64,000 nt of DNA, taken from contig CAXVYR010000004.1 of NCBI GenBank assembly GCA_963666975.2, forward strand, positions 224,001 to 288,000, read 5' to 3'. Below, piece after piece: positions 19,550 through 29,573 of the stretch. The translations under genes were made by a program, and so were the position numbers. Under the pieces are notes generated by a model that searched no databases, had not been told where the DNA came from, and saw only the letters and a list, made by a program, of their open reading frames with translations. This stretch comes from Terriglobia bacterium (GTDB lineage Bacteria > Acidobacteriota > Terriglobia > 2-12-FULL-54-10). Position 1 is the first letter of the stretch. Every line of letters begins with the position of its first letter.

Positions 19550-21148
19550 ATGTTACGAGAGAGTTTGTATGACGTAATTATTGTCGGAGCTGGATTTGCT
19601 GGTTCGATCGTTGCCGCCAAAATCGCCCAGAAGGGGGTGAATCCCAGCAACGGCGAGCGGCTGAAGGTTGCGCTGATCGAAGGGGGGCATTACTTCAAAG
19701 GAAGACCCCAATGGGGCTACGGAACCCCTTTGAGACGTCAAATGTTTACTCACATCCCTCAGGATATGATGCAAGGGGATCGATCCAGCCGGTACGCGGA
19801 TGGACAGAGGTTTAAGGGGGTCGGGGGTGGGTCCCTCATGTGGGGCGCGAAGGGACATCCTCCGCACGACAACGATTACGAGTGGTGGGCGCGGGAGACG
19901 GGCGTCGACTGGACCAAAGAGAATATGGCAGGAGCGGTGCAAGAGGTTCTGCGAATGTTTTATTCGCACACGGTTCCCGACGAACTATTATCGGAATACC
20001 ATTTCCGCTTTCGGGATGTGGTCCACTCGTTGGGATACAAAACGGAGAAGATGCTGATTCACAAGAGAAACTGCATCATGTGCGGCACCCACGTGGAATC
20101 TCAACCGCAGTGCCGTTACGACGCCAAGGTCAGTACGCTGCTGACGCATATCCCGATTGCAGAAGACAACGGCGCCGAGATTGTGCCGGATACGAAGGTG
20201 GAGCAGGTCGTTGTCGAAAAGAAGGGCAGCCAGTGGACGGCAACGGGTGTGTGGTACAGAGAAGCCGGAGCCTCTCCGCAAAAGGTCGAAGCAAAGAACG
20301 TGATTCTGGCGGGTTCGGATGGAAATTCCTTGCTGCTGTATGCCTCCGGCTATGGGCCGAAGGATCTCTTGGGGGACAAGCTGCTCGTCGAGAATCCCAA
20401 TGTGGGAGCCAATGTGGATGGACATCCATGGTCCACGATGCTTCCCGTCAGCGCCCGCTTTGAGGACCTGATCGTGCATGAACCGCGGGACGGCAACTTC
20501 GGGTTTTGGTTTCTGGATGACAGTGACAGCACGGGCGCCGACCGTTTGTTCATCTTGAGCGGGGCGGATACGACGGACCACGCTCTGTTCGCCGGAGCAC
20601 ATTCGTACGCTCAAAGCCAATGGGCTCCGGAATTCGGGCACAAACACAAGGATTGGATGCGAAACAACTGGAAAGGATGGCGACACATGTTGGGCAATCC
20701 TTTCTACTTTGGCCCTGCTGTAGCCTACTCGCATTGGTCAGCCCCGAAAGGGCGCATGCTTCCTAACGGAAGGCTCGAATTTGACACGGAACACCCCCTG
20801 CTCAAAAAGCGGGAAAGAGAATGCGTAGAGCTGCTGCGGGCTATTCTCGAAAAAATAGGGGCAGCGGAGATACGGGACGATACTGCGCAGCCGTGGGTGA
20901 AAATCGGCGCAACGATCATTCACGAAACAGGTGCTTGCCGGGCGGGAACAGACCCGAAGAACTCTGTCATTAACCCCAACTTCGAGTGCCACGACATCGA
21001 TAACCTATTCGTCGTGGATTCAACCTCCCACCCGCGAGTCACGAGTCTGTGGAGCGGTGGGACAGTGGCGGCTGTAGTGGGAACGTTCGCTGCGGATCGC
21101 ATCATAGCCAACCATTTCCGGCGAAGCCGGATCAGCCAGGATATGTAG
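19550..21148 (+). CDS. GMC-family FAD oxidoreductase, catalytic subunit
   Basis: VGAGFAG, GVGGGSLMW, Cys cluster NCIMC...C and HETGACRAG...NLFVVD; start ATG 19550 after GGAGG. Confidence 0.9.
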   Translation: MLRESLYDVIIVGAGFAGSIVAAKIAQKGVNPSNGERLKVALIEGGHYFKGRPQWGYGTPLRRQMFTHIPQDMMQGDRSSRYADGQRFKGVGGGSLMWGAKGHPPHDNDYEWWARETGVDWTKENMAGAVQEVLRMFYSHTVPDELLSEYHFRFRDVVHSLGYKTEKMLIHKRNCIMCGTHVESQPQCRYDAKVSTLLTHIPIAEDNGAEIVPDTKVEQVVVEKKGSQWTATGVWYREAGASPQKVEAKNVILAGSDGNSLLLYASGYGPKDLLGDKLLVENPNVGANVDGHPWSTMLPVSARFEDLIVHEPRDGNFGFWFLDDSDSTGADRLFILSGADTTDHALFAGAHSYAQSQWAPEFGHKHKDWMRNNWKGWRHMLGNPFYFGPAVAYSHWSAPKGRMLPNGRLEFDTEHPLLKKRERECVELLRAILEKIGAAEIRDDTAQPWVKIGATIIHETGACRAGTDPKNSVINPNFECHDIDNLFVVDSTSHPRVTSLWSGGTVAAVVGTFAADRIIANHFRRSRISQDM

Positions 21149-21199
21149 CTGATCGGCTGAATCCGGATCTTGGACTTCCACGAACGAAGGAGCATACAA

Positions 21200-21853
21200 A
21201 TGAGCCGTAAAGATGTTTCGAGAAGAGCCTTTTTGAAAACAAGCGCCTTAAGCAGCGCCGCGCTGGCTGGTGGGAGCGCAATAGCGGTCGCCCAAACCCC
21301 TGCAGGTGCAGAACTATCCGCGGACCGCTATGCCATCGTTGCTGCTCTGGGCGACACCCTGGTTCCTTCCACACCTGATCCCGGCTATAAGAGCTTGGAA
21401 CCTTACAATATCACCGCTGAGGCACTGAAGGGCCTGACCATCTTACGGGATGCTGAGTTGCAAGACTTTAATGAAGGGAGTCGCCCCTATTTTGGAGGGA
21501 AGTTATTCGTTCAGCTCAGTGAGGTCGAGCGAGAGCAGTATCTCAATACGATTATAGAGGGCAGTCCAATCAAAGACGCCAGGCTGCTCCGGACCTTGCA
21601 GAAAGTTTATCGGTTGACCCGGAACCGGATTTTCACCGTGTACTACAGTAATTATCCGGAGCACGTGGTCCCGCGCGACGAAAACGATGTCCCCATACTT
21701 CCACCGGGAGATCAACACCAAATAACAAACCCCAATAGCAAGCGCATAACGACTGGGTGGGACATAGCCGGTTATGAGCCACAGCTAAGCTGGGAACACG
21801 AAGAAGAAAGGAGAGCGAGGGCCAAGAAGCTGGGGATGTGGGACGGTGAGTGA
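21200..21853 (+). CDS. Tat-signal small subunit (gluconate-2-dehydrogenase subunit 3-like) of GMC enzyme
   Basis: SRRAFLK signal; LGDTLVPS...FVQLSEVER...YYS...GWDIAGY pattern; follows the GMC gene. Confidence 0.7.
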   Translation: MSRKDVSRRAFLKTSALSSAALAGGSAIAVAQTPAGAELSADRYAIVAALGDTLVPSTPDPGYKSLEPYNITAEALKGLTILRDAELQDFNEGSRPYFGGKLFVQLSEVEREQYLNTIIEGSPIKDARLLRTLQKVYRLTRNRIFTVYYSNYPEHVVPRDENDVPILPPGDQHQITNPNSKRITTGWDIAGYEPQLSWEHEEERRARAKKLGMWDGE

Positions 21854-22010
21854 TCGAACACTGGCCGGGTGCTTGTTGCGGAATGCAATTGACGGTGCTG
21901 TCTTTACTCCGCTGTGACCCGGCTGGGAAACCAAGGATCGAATCAGTATCCACTGCTTGCTGAGCAGGCAGTAACGGCGGATCCGAAGAGGCAGGGCGAA
22001 AGGGTGCGTT

Positions 22011-22607
22011 ATGTTTTCCAGGAAAGTTTGGGATTGTCTCTTGGTTTTGCTGCTTCTTTCGATGTTGCTTGTTTCCCCCAGAAGCTATGGCGAAAGTCGC
22101 ATCGCATCGCTTTCCACTCAAAGGGATTCATATCTGCCTCCGGGAGAAGGCAAAGAACTGCTCAAGGTTTTGTGTAGTTCTTGTCATGATATAGCCAGAG
22201 TAATTACCCAGAGGAGGGACAGTGAAACATGGAAACGAACCGTTGACGAAATGCTGGCTGGTTGGGATCCCCGTTATTCAGAATATCTTGGAGATGACGT
22301 GGAAGCCTTATCGAGATATTTAGCGCTGTATTTTGGTCCCCTCATTCCTTCCCATGAAACCCTCCAAAGGGACGCTAAGCTTCGAGAGAAATACTTGAGA
22401 GGAGAAATACAATCTCTCATTAATATCAATACCGCTTCGCTCGCTGAGTTGACAAAGCTCCCGGGCATCAGTAAACACACGGCAGAAATGATTATTCAGT
22501 ATCGGAAAACACAAGGCTCATTCAAATCGAGTGAGGATCTGAGAACACTAATGGGAATCGGCGAACCGGAGTTTGAGAAGCTGAGCTTGCTCATCACAGT
22601 GGATTAG
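22011..22607 (+). CDS. Exported monoheme cytochrome c fused to ComEA-type helix-hairpin-helix domain
   Basis: Signal peptide; LPPGEGKELLKVLCSSCH haem motif, WKRTVDEM distal Met; C-terminal ININTASLAELTKLPGIS...GSFKSSEDL...GIG. Confidence 0.85.
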   Translation: MFSRKVWDCLLVLLLLSMLLVSPRSYGESRIASLSTQRDSYLPPGEGKELLKVLCSSCHDIARVITQRRDSETWKRTVDEMLAGWDPRYSEYLGDDVEALSRYLALYFGPLIPSHETLQRDAKLREKYLRGEIQSLININTASLAELTKLPGISKHTAEMIIQYRKTQGSFKSSEDLRTLMGIGEPEFEKLSLLITVD

Positions 22608-22780
22608 GTTCTTTTTCTCGGTTGCCAGGAGAGAGGCCGCTGGGGGAATCCACCGGCTCCAAATAGAGACCAAACAGAGCACGGCGAATTACGGGAATTA
22701 AGGGCGAAATTCGGGAATATCGAAACGGAGCCCCAATAGCCGTTCCGTCGAAGCTGCTTTCCTATACAAGGAGGTTGATC

Positions 22781-24715
22781 ATGTCAGCAAGGTTTGTGGT
22801 CGCTTTGTTTCTCATCATACTTTTTCCGACCAGCCTGTTTTCACAGGCGCAGGTTCCTCCGGAGCTGGTGAGCTACCCGGAAATCATACTGTTCAACGGC
22901 AAGATCGCGACGTTCGATGGGCCTCTTATGAATGAGGAGATCGTCTTCTATCAAGCGATTGCAATTCGGGACGGCAAGGTTCTGTCGGCGGGAAGGGATG
23001 AGGAAGTTCTCCGACTGAAGGGGTCGCAGACGTCGGTCATGGACCTGAAGGGCAAAACCGTCTTGCCGGGTTTTGTGGACAACCACAACCATCCTCATGA
23101 GTGGGTTCATTACTTCCGGTATGACACTTTCTTCCCCAACGTCAAACTCATCTTTGTACCTGGCCCGGATGACGAGATCCGAGAAAACCGCCCGGATATG
23201 TTCTATGGGTGGGGACCGGTGCTGGAGAACCCTCCGGCAGAAATCGCTCAGAGCCTGGAAGCCCGGTTGAAAAATGCGGCGGCGGAACTGGGGCCTGGAA
23301 AAGACAAATGGATCCTCGCCACTGTGACCCGCCAAGGCAAGAATCTCATTGGGGAAGTCATCAATAAGGATTGGCTGGATCGAGTTGTGCCGGATAATTC
23401 CGTCCTGGTCGTTGCGGATTTTATCCCGAATCCGATCACGATGAATACAACGGGACTGGCGGCCATTCGTGAAAGCGATCCAGACCCCTACATGGCGGCT
23501 TTGTTTGAAGATCTGGAACAAAATGGCAGCAACCCATCCTGGGCTGTAACCATGCGTCTCTACGCGGGAATCCAAGCCATTGGTGCTCGGAACTTCGAGG
23601 CTTTCCAGCAAAGCCTGAAGTATGTCATGCTGGAAATCGCCCGATATGGCGCTACCAGCATCGCCGGAAGAGTTGATTATCCAACCGACCTTTCCGCGCA
23701 CGCCGAACTGGCCAGAACGGGAGCAGCACCGCTCCGGTACGGGTGGTCCCACCACTTGATGCGGCGGTTGCTGGGCACCGACGAGGCTCCTCGCGCCTTT
23801 TCTCTGGTGGGCGACTTCAACAATATTGGCAACGAGCTGTTCTGGAATATCGGAGTCGGCGCAGAAGGCCCTCCGGACTTGCCCTTTGCCCAGGTCTTCT
23901 GCACGTCGGCCCGCTTTCGGGAAGAATCCAACCACGCATTTTCTCCTTACTGCGGCCTGGAACCGGGTACTCAGATGAGAGAAGGCATTGTCCGGATGGT
24001 CGCGAACCGCGTCAGGGTCTCCGGAATACACGGTTCCGCGGACATGACCGTCGATTACCTCATGGAAGCGGTGCTCGAAGGAATGAAGATCGGGAATCTG
24101 ACCATGGAAGAGGTGAGAAAGTTGAGAATCACTTTTGATCATGTGATCCTTGCCAGACCCGATCAAATTGAGAAGGTGAAATACTTTGGCATGATCCCTG
24201 CCGTGACACCCCTCTACATCTATCAGGGGGAACAGATTCTTGAAATGTTTGGTCCGGAGTCGGAAGAATGGTTGTTCTTGATCAATAGCTTCGTCAAGAA
24301 CGGTATTCCGGTAACGGTTAATCTGGACCGGATACCCACGCCCGATCATCCATATTTTGAAGAGGTCGAATTATTAGTTACCAGGAACTTTCGCGGGAAA
24401 GTATACAACGCGAAGGAGGCAGTAGACAGGACAACAGCGCTGAAGACAGTGACAACGTGGGGCGCCAGGTACTTGATGCGCGAGGCCGTGATTGGCAACC
24501 TCAAACCCGGCTACTTTGCGGATTTGATGGTTCTGGACAAGGATTACTTTTCTGTTCCAGAGAATCAGATTCACGATATCAAAGTACTGATGACCATACT
24601 GGGAGGCAGGATCACCTGGGTCGAGAAGAGCTTTGAGACCGGACTTTTAGAAAGCTATGAGAAGCTCCTACACCCGACATTCATTGAGTTTAAGGAGCAA
24701 CTCCAAGGCCCCTGA
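22781..24715 (+). CDS. Exported Amidohydro_3 (YtcJ-like) protein, copy A
   Basis: Signal peptide; PGFVDNHNH, IHGSAD, FDH and GNLKPGYFADLMVLDKDY; AAGGAGG RBS. Confidence 0.88.
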   Translation: MSARFVVALFLIILFPTSLFSQAQVPPELVSYPEIILFNGKIATFDGPLMNEEIVFYQAIAIRDGKVLSAGRDEEVLRLKGSQTSVMDLKGKTVLPGFVDNHNHPHEWVHYFRYDTFFPNVKLIFVPGPDDEIRENRPDMFYGWGPVLENPPAEIAQSLEARLKNAAAELGPGKDKWILATVTRQGKNLIGEVINKDWLDRVVPDNSVLVVADFIPNPITMNTTGLAAIRESDPDPYMAALFEDLEQNGSNPSWAVTMRLYAGIQAIGARNFEAFQQSLKYVMLEIARYGATSIAGRVDYPTDLSAHAELARTGAAPLRYGWSHHLMRRLLGTDEAPRAFSLVGDFNNIGNELFWNIGVGAEGPPDLPFAQVFCTSARFREESNHAFSPYCGLEPGTQMREGIVRMVANRVRVSGIHGSADMTVDYLMEAVLEGMKIGNLTMEEVRKLRITFDHVILARPDQIEKVKYFGMIPAVTPLYIYQGEQILEMFGPESEEWLFLINSFVKNGIPVTVNLDRIPTPDHPYFEEVELLVTRNFRGKVYNAKEAVDRTTALKTVTTWGARYLMREAVIGNLKPGYFADLMVLDKDYFSVPENQIHDIKVLMTILGGRITWVEKSFETGLLESYEKLLHPTFIEFKEQLQGP

Positions 24716-24801
24716 ATGGATTGGGATTCAGCGGGGGCTATGGCTGTCGAGTCCTTGCATGACGTCTAACATTTCGCTTGGACCATGAATTGTCTTTCCT
24801 C

Positions 24802-26277
24802 CTAGGTGATTGTCACTATTGCTTCTGCTCGCTTTTCTTCCTCCACTGAAGGCGGCCTCCCCAGGCTGCCGATCACGAAAATCCCCGTTCCGGCCACCAG
24901 ACCCAGCAGGCCAGGAGAAAGGCCTCCCAGCAGAGGCGCGTCCAGAGCCCAGTTCGTGAGGGAAAAGACCGCCGTGCCGACAACCATGCTTGCCAGCGCT
25001 CCTGTCCTGTTTGCTCGCTTCCAGTAAAGCCCGCCGACAAATGCCGGCGCCAGTTGCATTGTGCCGGCAAAGGAGTCGATGGCAAGCTCTACAATCAACT
25101 GGGGGGGACGGATGCTCAGTAAAATCGCGATACCCGCCGCCAGCATTACAGCCAATCGTCCTACCCATAATTGGGCCGCATCGCTCGGCCGCCAATCGCG
25201 CCGCATGTTCAAGTACAGGTCTTTTGCCACCAGCGATCCTAAAGCCAGCAATTGCCCGCTCACTGTGGACATCGACGCCGCCACAACACCGCAGATCACC
25301 AAACCAGTCAAAGCTGCTGAAACATGACTGCTCAGGATCTGACCCAGGACCATATCGCCGGAGGCCAGGTTCGGGAAGACGGCGGCGGCGCCCAGGCCAA
25401 GGATCATCGCCGGGATCAACATCAGGAAGGCATAGACCGGTGTGGCTGCCATCATGAACCGCATGGATTGCACCGAGCGCGGGATGAAGAACCGTGTGGA
25501 CATCTGCGGCTGGGTGATGGGAATGCAGATAATCATAAAAAAGTAAGAAATCATGATTGGATAAGTGAAATAGTTCTGCGGGCCCGGAACCGAAAGCAAG
25601 GCCGGTTCGGTTTGCTCCACGGTCCGGAACATCGCTTCCGGGCTGCTCCAGTTGGCAAAGAGGAAGACGAGGGCAACCGTGAAACTCATGACGAACAGAA
25701 GCACTCCCTGGACGGCGTCGTTCCAGACAACCGCTCGCATCCCACCCATGCTCGTGTAGACCAGTACGATGGCTAGGAACACCAACGAGGCGGGGAGATA
25801 GGGAAGTTCTCCCCCGGTGGTTGTTTCGACGATTTTCCCGATGCCGACAACCTGCGTCGCCACGTACGGCAGTAGAAATACAAAACTGATCAGGACGCCG
25901 ACAACCATCACGGAGTTACTGATGTAGCGATACCGTAGGAACTCGGTCGGCGTGACAAAATTGAACTTTTTCCCCAGCAGCCAGAATTTCCGGCCAAAGT
26001 AGTAAATCAGCACCGCCTGGAAGACGTCGGCAAACCCGATGAACGCCCACGAGCCGATGCCGTGAGTGTAGAAAAAGGCTGGCATGCCCACCAGGGCGAA
26101 AGCGCTGAAGAGGGTGGCACTGTAGGTGAGGAATGCGAGGACCGGTCCGATCTGTCGGTCCGCAACGAAATAGCCGGTTAGGCCTCGGCTCCTTTTCCAA
26201 CCCACATAACCGAAATACAAGAAGACAGCCATGAAGGCGCCCAGCTCCAGGAGGAGAATCCCTGTCTTCTGATTCAA
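24802..26277 (-). CDS. Sodium:solute symporter (SSS), copy 1
   Basis: YFVADR, SATLFSAF, GGMRAVVWND, ASMST and GLYWKRA; TTG start. Confidence 0.92.
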   Translation of the reverse strand: MNQKTGILLLELGAFMAVFLYFGYVGWKRSRGLTGYFVADRQIGPVLAFLTYSATLFSAFALVGMPAFFYTHGIGSWAFIGFADVFQAVLIYYFGRKFWLLGKKFNFVTPTEFLRYRYISNSVMVVGVLISFVFLLPYVATQVVGIGKIVETTTGGELPYLPASLVFLAIVLVYTSMGGMRAVVWNDAVQGVLLFVMSFTVALVFLFANWSSPEAMFRTVEQTEPALLSVPGPQNYFTYPIMISYFFMIICIPITQPQMSTRFFIPRSVQSMRFMMAATPVYAFLMLIPAMILGLGAAAVFPNLASGDMVLGQILSSHVSAALTGLVICGVVAASMSTVSGQLLALGSLVAKDLYLNMRRDWRPSDAAQLWVGRLAVMLAAGIAILLSIRPPQLIVELAIDSFAGTMQLAPAFVGGLYWKRANRTGALASMVVGTAVFSLTNWALDAPLLGGLSPGLLGLVAGTGIFVIGSLGRPPSVEEEKRAEAIVTIT

Positions 26278-26345
26278 TTTCGATCCCCTTCTTCGCCCGT
26301 TTCCGCCCCGTAAACACTACGAACAGCAAAATGCTCAACCGCGAG
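26274..26345 (-). pseudogene. Frameshifted 3' remnant of the small SSS accessory membrane protein
   Basis: LSILLFVVF... then GEEGDRN* in a different frame; matches the C-terminus VSILLFVVFGWREEDKGGDGD* of 49732..49998, with the same TTGA overlap. Confidence 0.6.
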
Positions 26346-26391
26346 GGAAGGGAATGCAGCGGCCCGCTTCCCTTCGACGCTCACGCTTCGC

Positions 26392-28035
26392 CTACGCGCC
26401 TTCCCGAATACGCTGAGCAACATCGGCCCGCAAGGCGAACTTCTGTATCTTGCCACTCAGTGTCCGCGGTAACTCGCCATACAATTCCACGCGCTCCGGC
26501 CAAAACGGTCGCGCCACTTTCTGGCCAGCCAGGAACTCTCTCATTTCAGTCAGGTCCAGGTGTTGCTTGTGTCGTGGAACAATACACGCACAGGCCTTCT
26601 CTCCTAATCGATTATCAGCCATCGCCACAATTGCTACGTCGAGAATTCCCGGGTGCAGAAAGAGGATATCCTCAATCTCTTTGACCGGAACGTTTTCGCC
26701 GCCGCGCACGATGATGTCCTTCATCCTCCCGGTTATCCGGAGGTAGCCATCTTTGTCCAGATAGGCGAGGTCGCCGGTATCAAACCACCCGTCTTCCCGG
26801 AAAAAGCGGTTCGTGAACTCACGGCCCTGGATGTATCCGACGAAGTTGAACGGCCCTCGGGCCAGCAGCACGCCTTCCTGCCCGGGTGGCAGGTCACGCC
26901 CCTCCCCGTCCACAATTTTAAGTTCTACTTCAGGTTGCGGGGAGCCATCTGTGGACACGACCTTTTCAAGCGGCGAGAATTCATCGGTCCCCGTACAGAC
27001 GCCCATCTCCGTCATTCCCCACAGCGGGCACAGCCGCCCTGGGAGTCGGTTCACCACCTCCGCCGCCAATGAAGGAGGGATGTTCGCTCCACCACACTGG
27101 CTAAGACGAAGGGAGCTGAGATCGTGCGATGCCAGATCCGGCACGTTGAGCAGATCAACGAACATAGCCGTCGAACCACTCGTATATGTCACCCGCTCGG
27201 CTTCGAAAAGGCGAACGGCCTCCGACGCATCCCACACATCCTGATACACAGCGGTCCCGCCGACTTGTAACGGCATGCGGACGCCCCAGTAGTAGCCCAC
27301 GCCATGTCCAACGGTCGATGCCATGTGCACGACCTCGTCTGAACGAAGCTTCTGCCGACGAATCGACGAATTCACCATTGCGATGAGCGTATTATGTGTT
27401 TGCATGACCCCCTTAGGCTCGCCCGTCGTCCCGGAAGTGAACGCCAGCATCACGACTGCGTTCGGATCCGGCTGCAAAAACTCGAGACATCGCTTGTCGA
27501 GCTTTCTTTCCCGGGCGGCGTCTACGAAGTCAACCCAGCGGATGCAGCCCTCCGGCACGGCCCCGCCGACAACGATTACGTGGTCAAGATCAGGACTTCC
27601 TGACCGCAACTTCAATGCCATACCGGCGTGATCAAACTCTTTGAACGCATCCGGTACGATCAAGGCCCGCGACCGGGCGACAGAAAGCATTCCTGACACT
27701 TCCCGCTCACGCATTAATGGAGATATCGGGTTGATTACGCCGCCGATTCGCTCCAGGGCCAGTGCGATAATTGGGAATTCGTTCCAGTTGGGCAGCTGGA
27801 CGCTCACCACATCGCCTGGTCGAATACCCATCTCGAGAAAACCCAGCGCGACGCGGTCTGATAAGTCAACCAGCTGACGGTACGAGTACCGCGATTTACG
27901 ATCCGCTACGGCAATCTTTTCTGGAGTATTCATGGCATGCTGCAGGAAGTAATCATGGAGAACGAGGTTCTTCCAGTAACCGGATGCGCTGTATTTATCA
28001 ATAAGAGCGCGGGTGAGTCGGGTTTCTAGGAACAC
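26392..28035 (-). CDS. Acyl-CoA ligase, cyclohexanecarboxylate-CoA ligase-like
   Basis: FTSGTTGEPKG, WGMTE, TGD, GRMKDIIVRGGEN and SGKIQK; GTG start with AAGGAGG. Confidence 0.9.
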   Translation of the reverse strand: MFLETRLTRALIDKYSASGYWKNLVLHDYFLQHAMNTPEKIAVADRKSRYSYRQLVDLSDRVALGFLEMGIRPGDVVSVQLPNWNEFPIIALALERIGGVINPISPLMREREVSGMLSVARSRALIVPDAFKEFDHAGMALKLRSGSPDLDHVIVVGGAVPEGCIRWVDFVDAARERKLDKRCLEFLQPDPNAVVMLAFTSGTTGEPKGVMQTHNTLIAMVNSSIRRQKLRSDEVVHMASTVGHGVGYYWGVRMPLQVGGTAVYQDVWDASEAVRLFEAERVTYTSGSTAMFVDLLNVPDLASHDLSSLRLSQCGGANIPPSLAAEVVNRLPGRLCPLWGMTEMGVCTGTDEFSPLEKVVSTDGSPQPEVELKIVDGEGRDLPPGQEGVLLARGPFNFVGYIQGREFTNRFFREDGWFDTGDLAYLDKDGYLRITGRMKDIIVRGGENVPVKEIEDILFLHPGILDVAIVAMADNRLGEKACACIVPRHKQHLDLTEMREFLAGQKVARPFWPERVELYGELPRTLSGKIQKFALRADVAQRIREGA

Positions 28036-28157
28036 GGGAGACCTCCTTCCATCTCGCCCTCAGAAACACGTACGATCATGGAATAGGTTTCGCGGAATTC
28101 CTTTTCGGGTGGCGAACCCAACAAATGCCAGGGAACCGCCGGCCGTGCAAAACGAAC

Positions 28158-29156
28158 TTAGCTGGAAGGTGTGTGCAGTCGCAGGCACCGGGCGGCGTTG
28201 CCCCCCATGATCAGTTGCATCTCCTCGTCGGTGAAGCTGATCCCGAGCTTCGCCGCACGCTCGGGCAGATCCTCGAACCAGCGGACGATCTTGGGGAGAA
28301 AAGCGCGACCTCTCACGCGGGCTCCCGAGACATGATCACTGCCGAACAGAAGCCGGTGTGGGCCCAGCCGATCCCTCGCCAAAGCCAGCCGTCGGAGAAA
28401 CAGCTCCTCTTCTTCCTCCGTGGTGTCATGGTAGATCCAGACGGACAGTTCCAAATAGGAATTGACGCCGTTCGCGGCGACCGTGACAGCCTCGTCCCAC
28501 CAGAGCTTTGCTCCCGCGTGCCCTAGCCATACGATCAGCCGAGGGAAGCGCGCTTGCACCTCCTGCACATATAGGGGATTCGCAAATCGGGGCGCCGTAA
28601 TCGCCAGAGATAGTTCGCCCGTGTGGAACAGAACGGGCAACTCCTCGGCTTCACAGAGTTCGTACAACGGGTAAGCGGCCTTGTCGTAGGGGTAAAATCC
28701 CATCGGTGGATAGAGCTTGAGACCCCGGACTCCGAGCTTGCGTATGGCCCACTCCAGCAACTCGGGAGCTTTCGGGCGACGCGGATCGATGCCCGCAAAC
28801 GCAATGAAACGCCCGGGGTATTTCGCCTGCAGGCCAGCGGCATGCTCCACAACTCTATCGGGCGGCACACTTCGTCCCTGGTCAAAGTCCGGGCCCCAGT
28901 CGATCGGCAGGATGACCGCCGTGTCTACGCCCGCGGCGTCCATGTCCGCCACCATACGACTGCCGTCTGGATCGGTCAAACCGGATTCGATCCTGGGCCG
29001 AACGACGGCAGGGTCACGATATGGAGGTCTGCTTCGGGCCCAACTGTACGCAACCCAGTCGAACCACTGTGCCGGCCAGAAGCCCTCGTCAAGAATGTGG
29101 ACGTGCGCGTCGATGATCAGGGAATTCTCCACTCCAGCAAAGCGTTGTCGCGGCAC
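28158..29156 (-). CDS. Amidohydro_2 family protein
   Basis: IDAHVH, GLKLYP, LFHTG, LGHAG and LFGSD. Confidence 0.9.
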   Translation of the reverse strand: MPRQRFAGVENSLIIDAHVHILDEGFWPAQWFDWVAYSWARSRPPYRDPAVVRPRIESGLTDPDGSRMVADMDAAGVDTAVILPIDWGPDFDQGRSVPPDRVVEHAAGLQAKYPGRFIAFAGIDPRRPKAPELLEWAIRKLGVRGLKLYPPMGFYPYDKAAYPLYELCEAEELPVLFHTGELSLAITAPRFANPLYVQEVQARFPRLIVWLGHAGAKLWWDEAVTVAANGVNSYLELSVWIYHDTTEEEEELFLRRLALARDRLGPHRLLFGSDHVSGARVRGRAFLPKIVRWFEDLPERAAKLGISFTDEEMQLIMGGNAARCLRLHTPSS

Positions 29157-29162
29157 TGGCTT

Positions 29163-29570
29163 CTATGCCGGTTCGAACATGGGTATATTCCACGTCGCAT
29201 CGGCCCTTACAAACGTGAGTTGCACGGACAGACCAATGTTCACCCTTTCCGGCGCGCAATTAATAATGTTACTCAGAACCTTGACGCCTTCGTCGAGTTC
29301 CACGAGGGCAACGACATAGGGAACCTCCTCCTGGAACCCCGGCATGCGAGTTCGATGCACAACCGTGTAGGACCACACTCTCCCGCGACCACTGGCCTCC
29401 ACGTCCTCAATCTTCCCTGTCCAGCAGTGCGAGCAGAATCCCCTGTAGTGGTATTGATACTTCCCACACGTCCTGCAACGCTGAATGAGAAATCGTCCTT
29501 CTCGACAGGCGTCCCAAAAGGGCTTCGTCTCGCCACTCTCGACAGGCAACGGCTTCTTCCATGCAGGCAT
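29163..29570 (-). CDS. Zn-ribbon/OB-fold protein (DUF35)
   Basis: PFWDAC...QRCRTCG...CSHC...GRGRVWSYTV...PYVVALVELDEG. Confidence 0.92.
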   Translation of the reverse strand: MPAWKKPLPVESGETKPFWDACREGRFLIQRCRTCGKYQYHYRGFCSHCWTGKIEDVEASGRGRVWSYTVVHRTRMPGFQEEVPYVVALVELDEGVKVLSNIINCAPERVNIGLSVQLTFVRADATWNIPMFEPA

Positions 29571-29573
29571 CGG

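Noticed and set aside
22400-22607. Competence locus (comEA)
   Set aside because: Only the HhH domain is present, fused to a cytochrome c; no comEC or pilus genes nearby
28090-28125. Additional IS1380-end-like copies (CCGAAAAGGAATTCCG here; also AGATGGGAAATCCAGG near 49610 and AAAATGGAAAC near 560)
   Set aside because: Only short terminal matches without a convincing promoter block; need a profile search before counting
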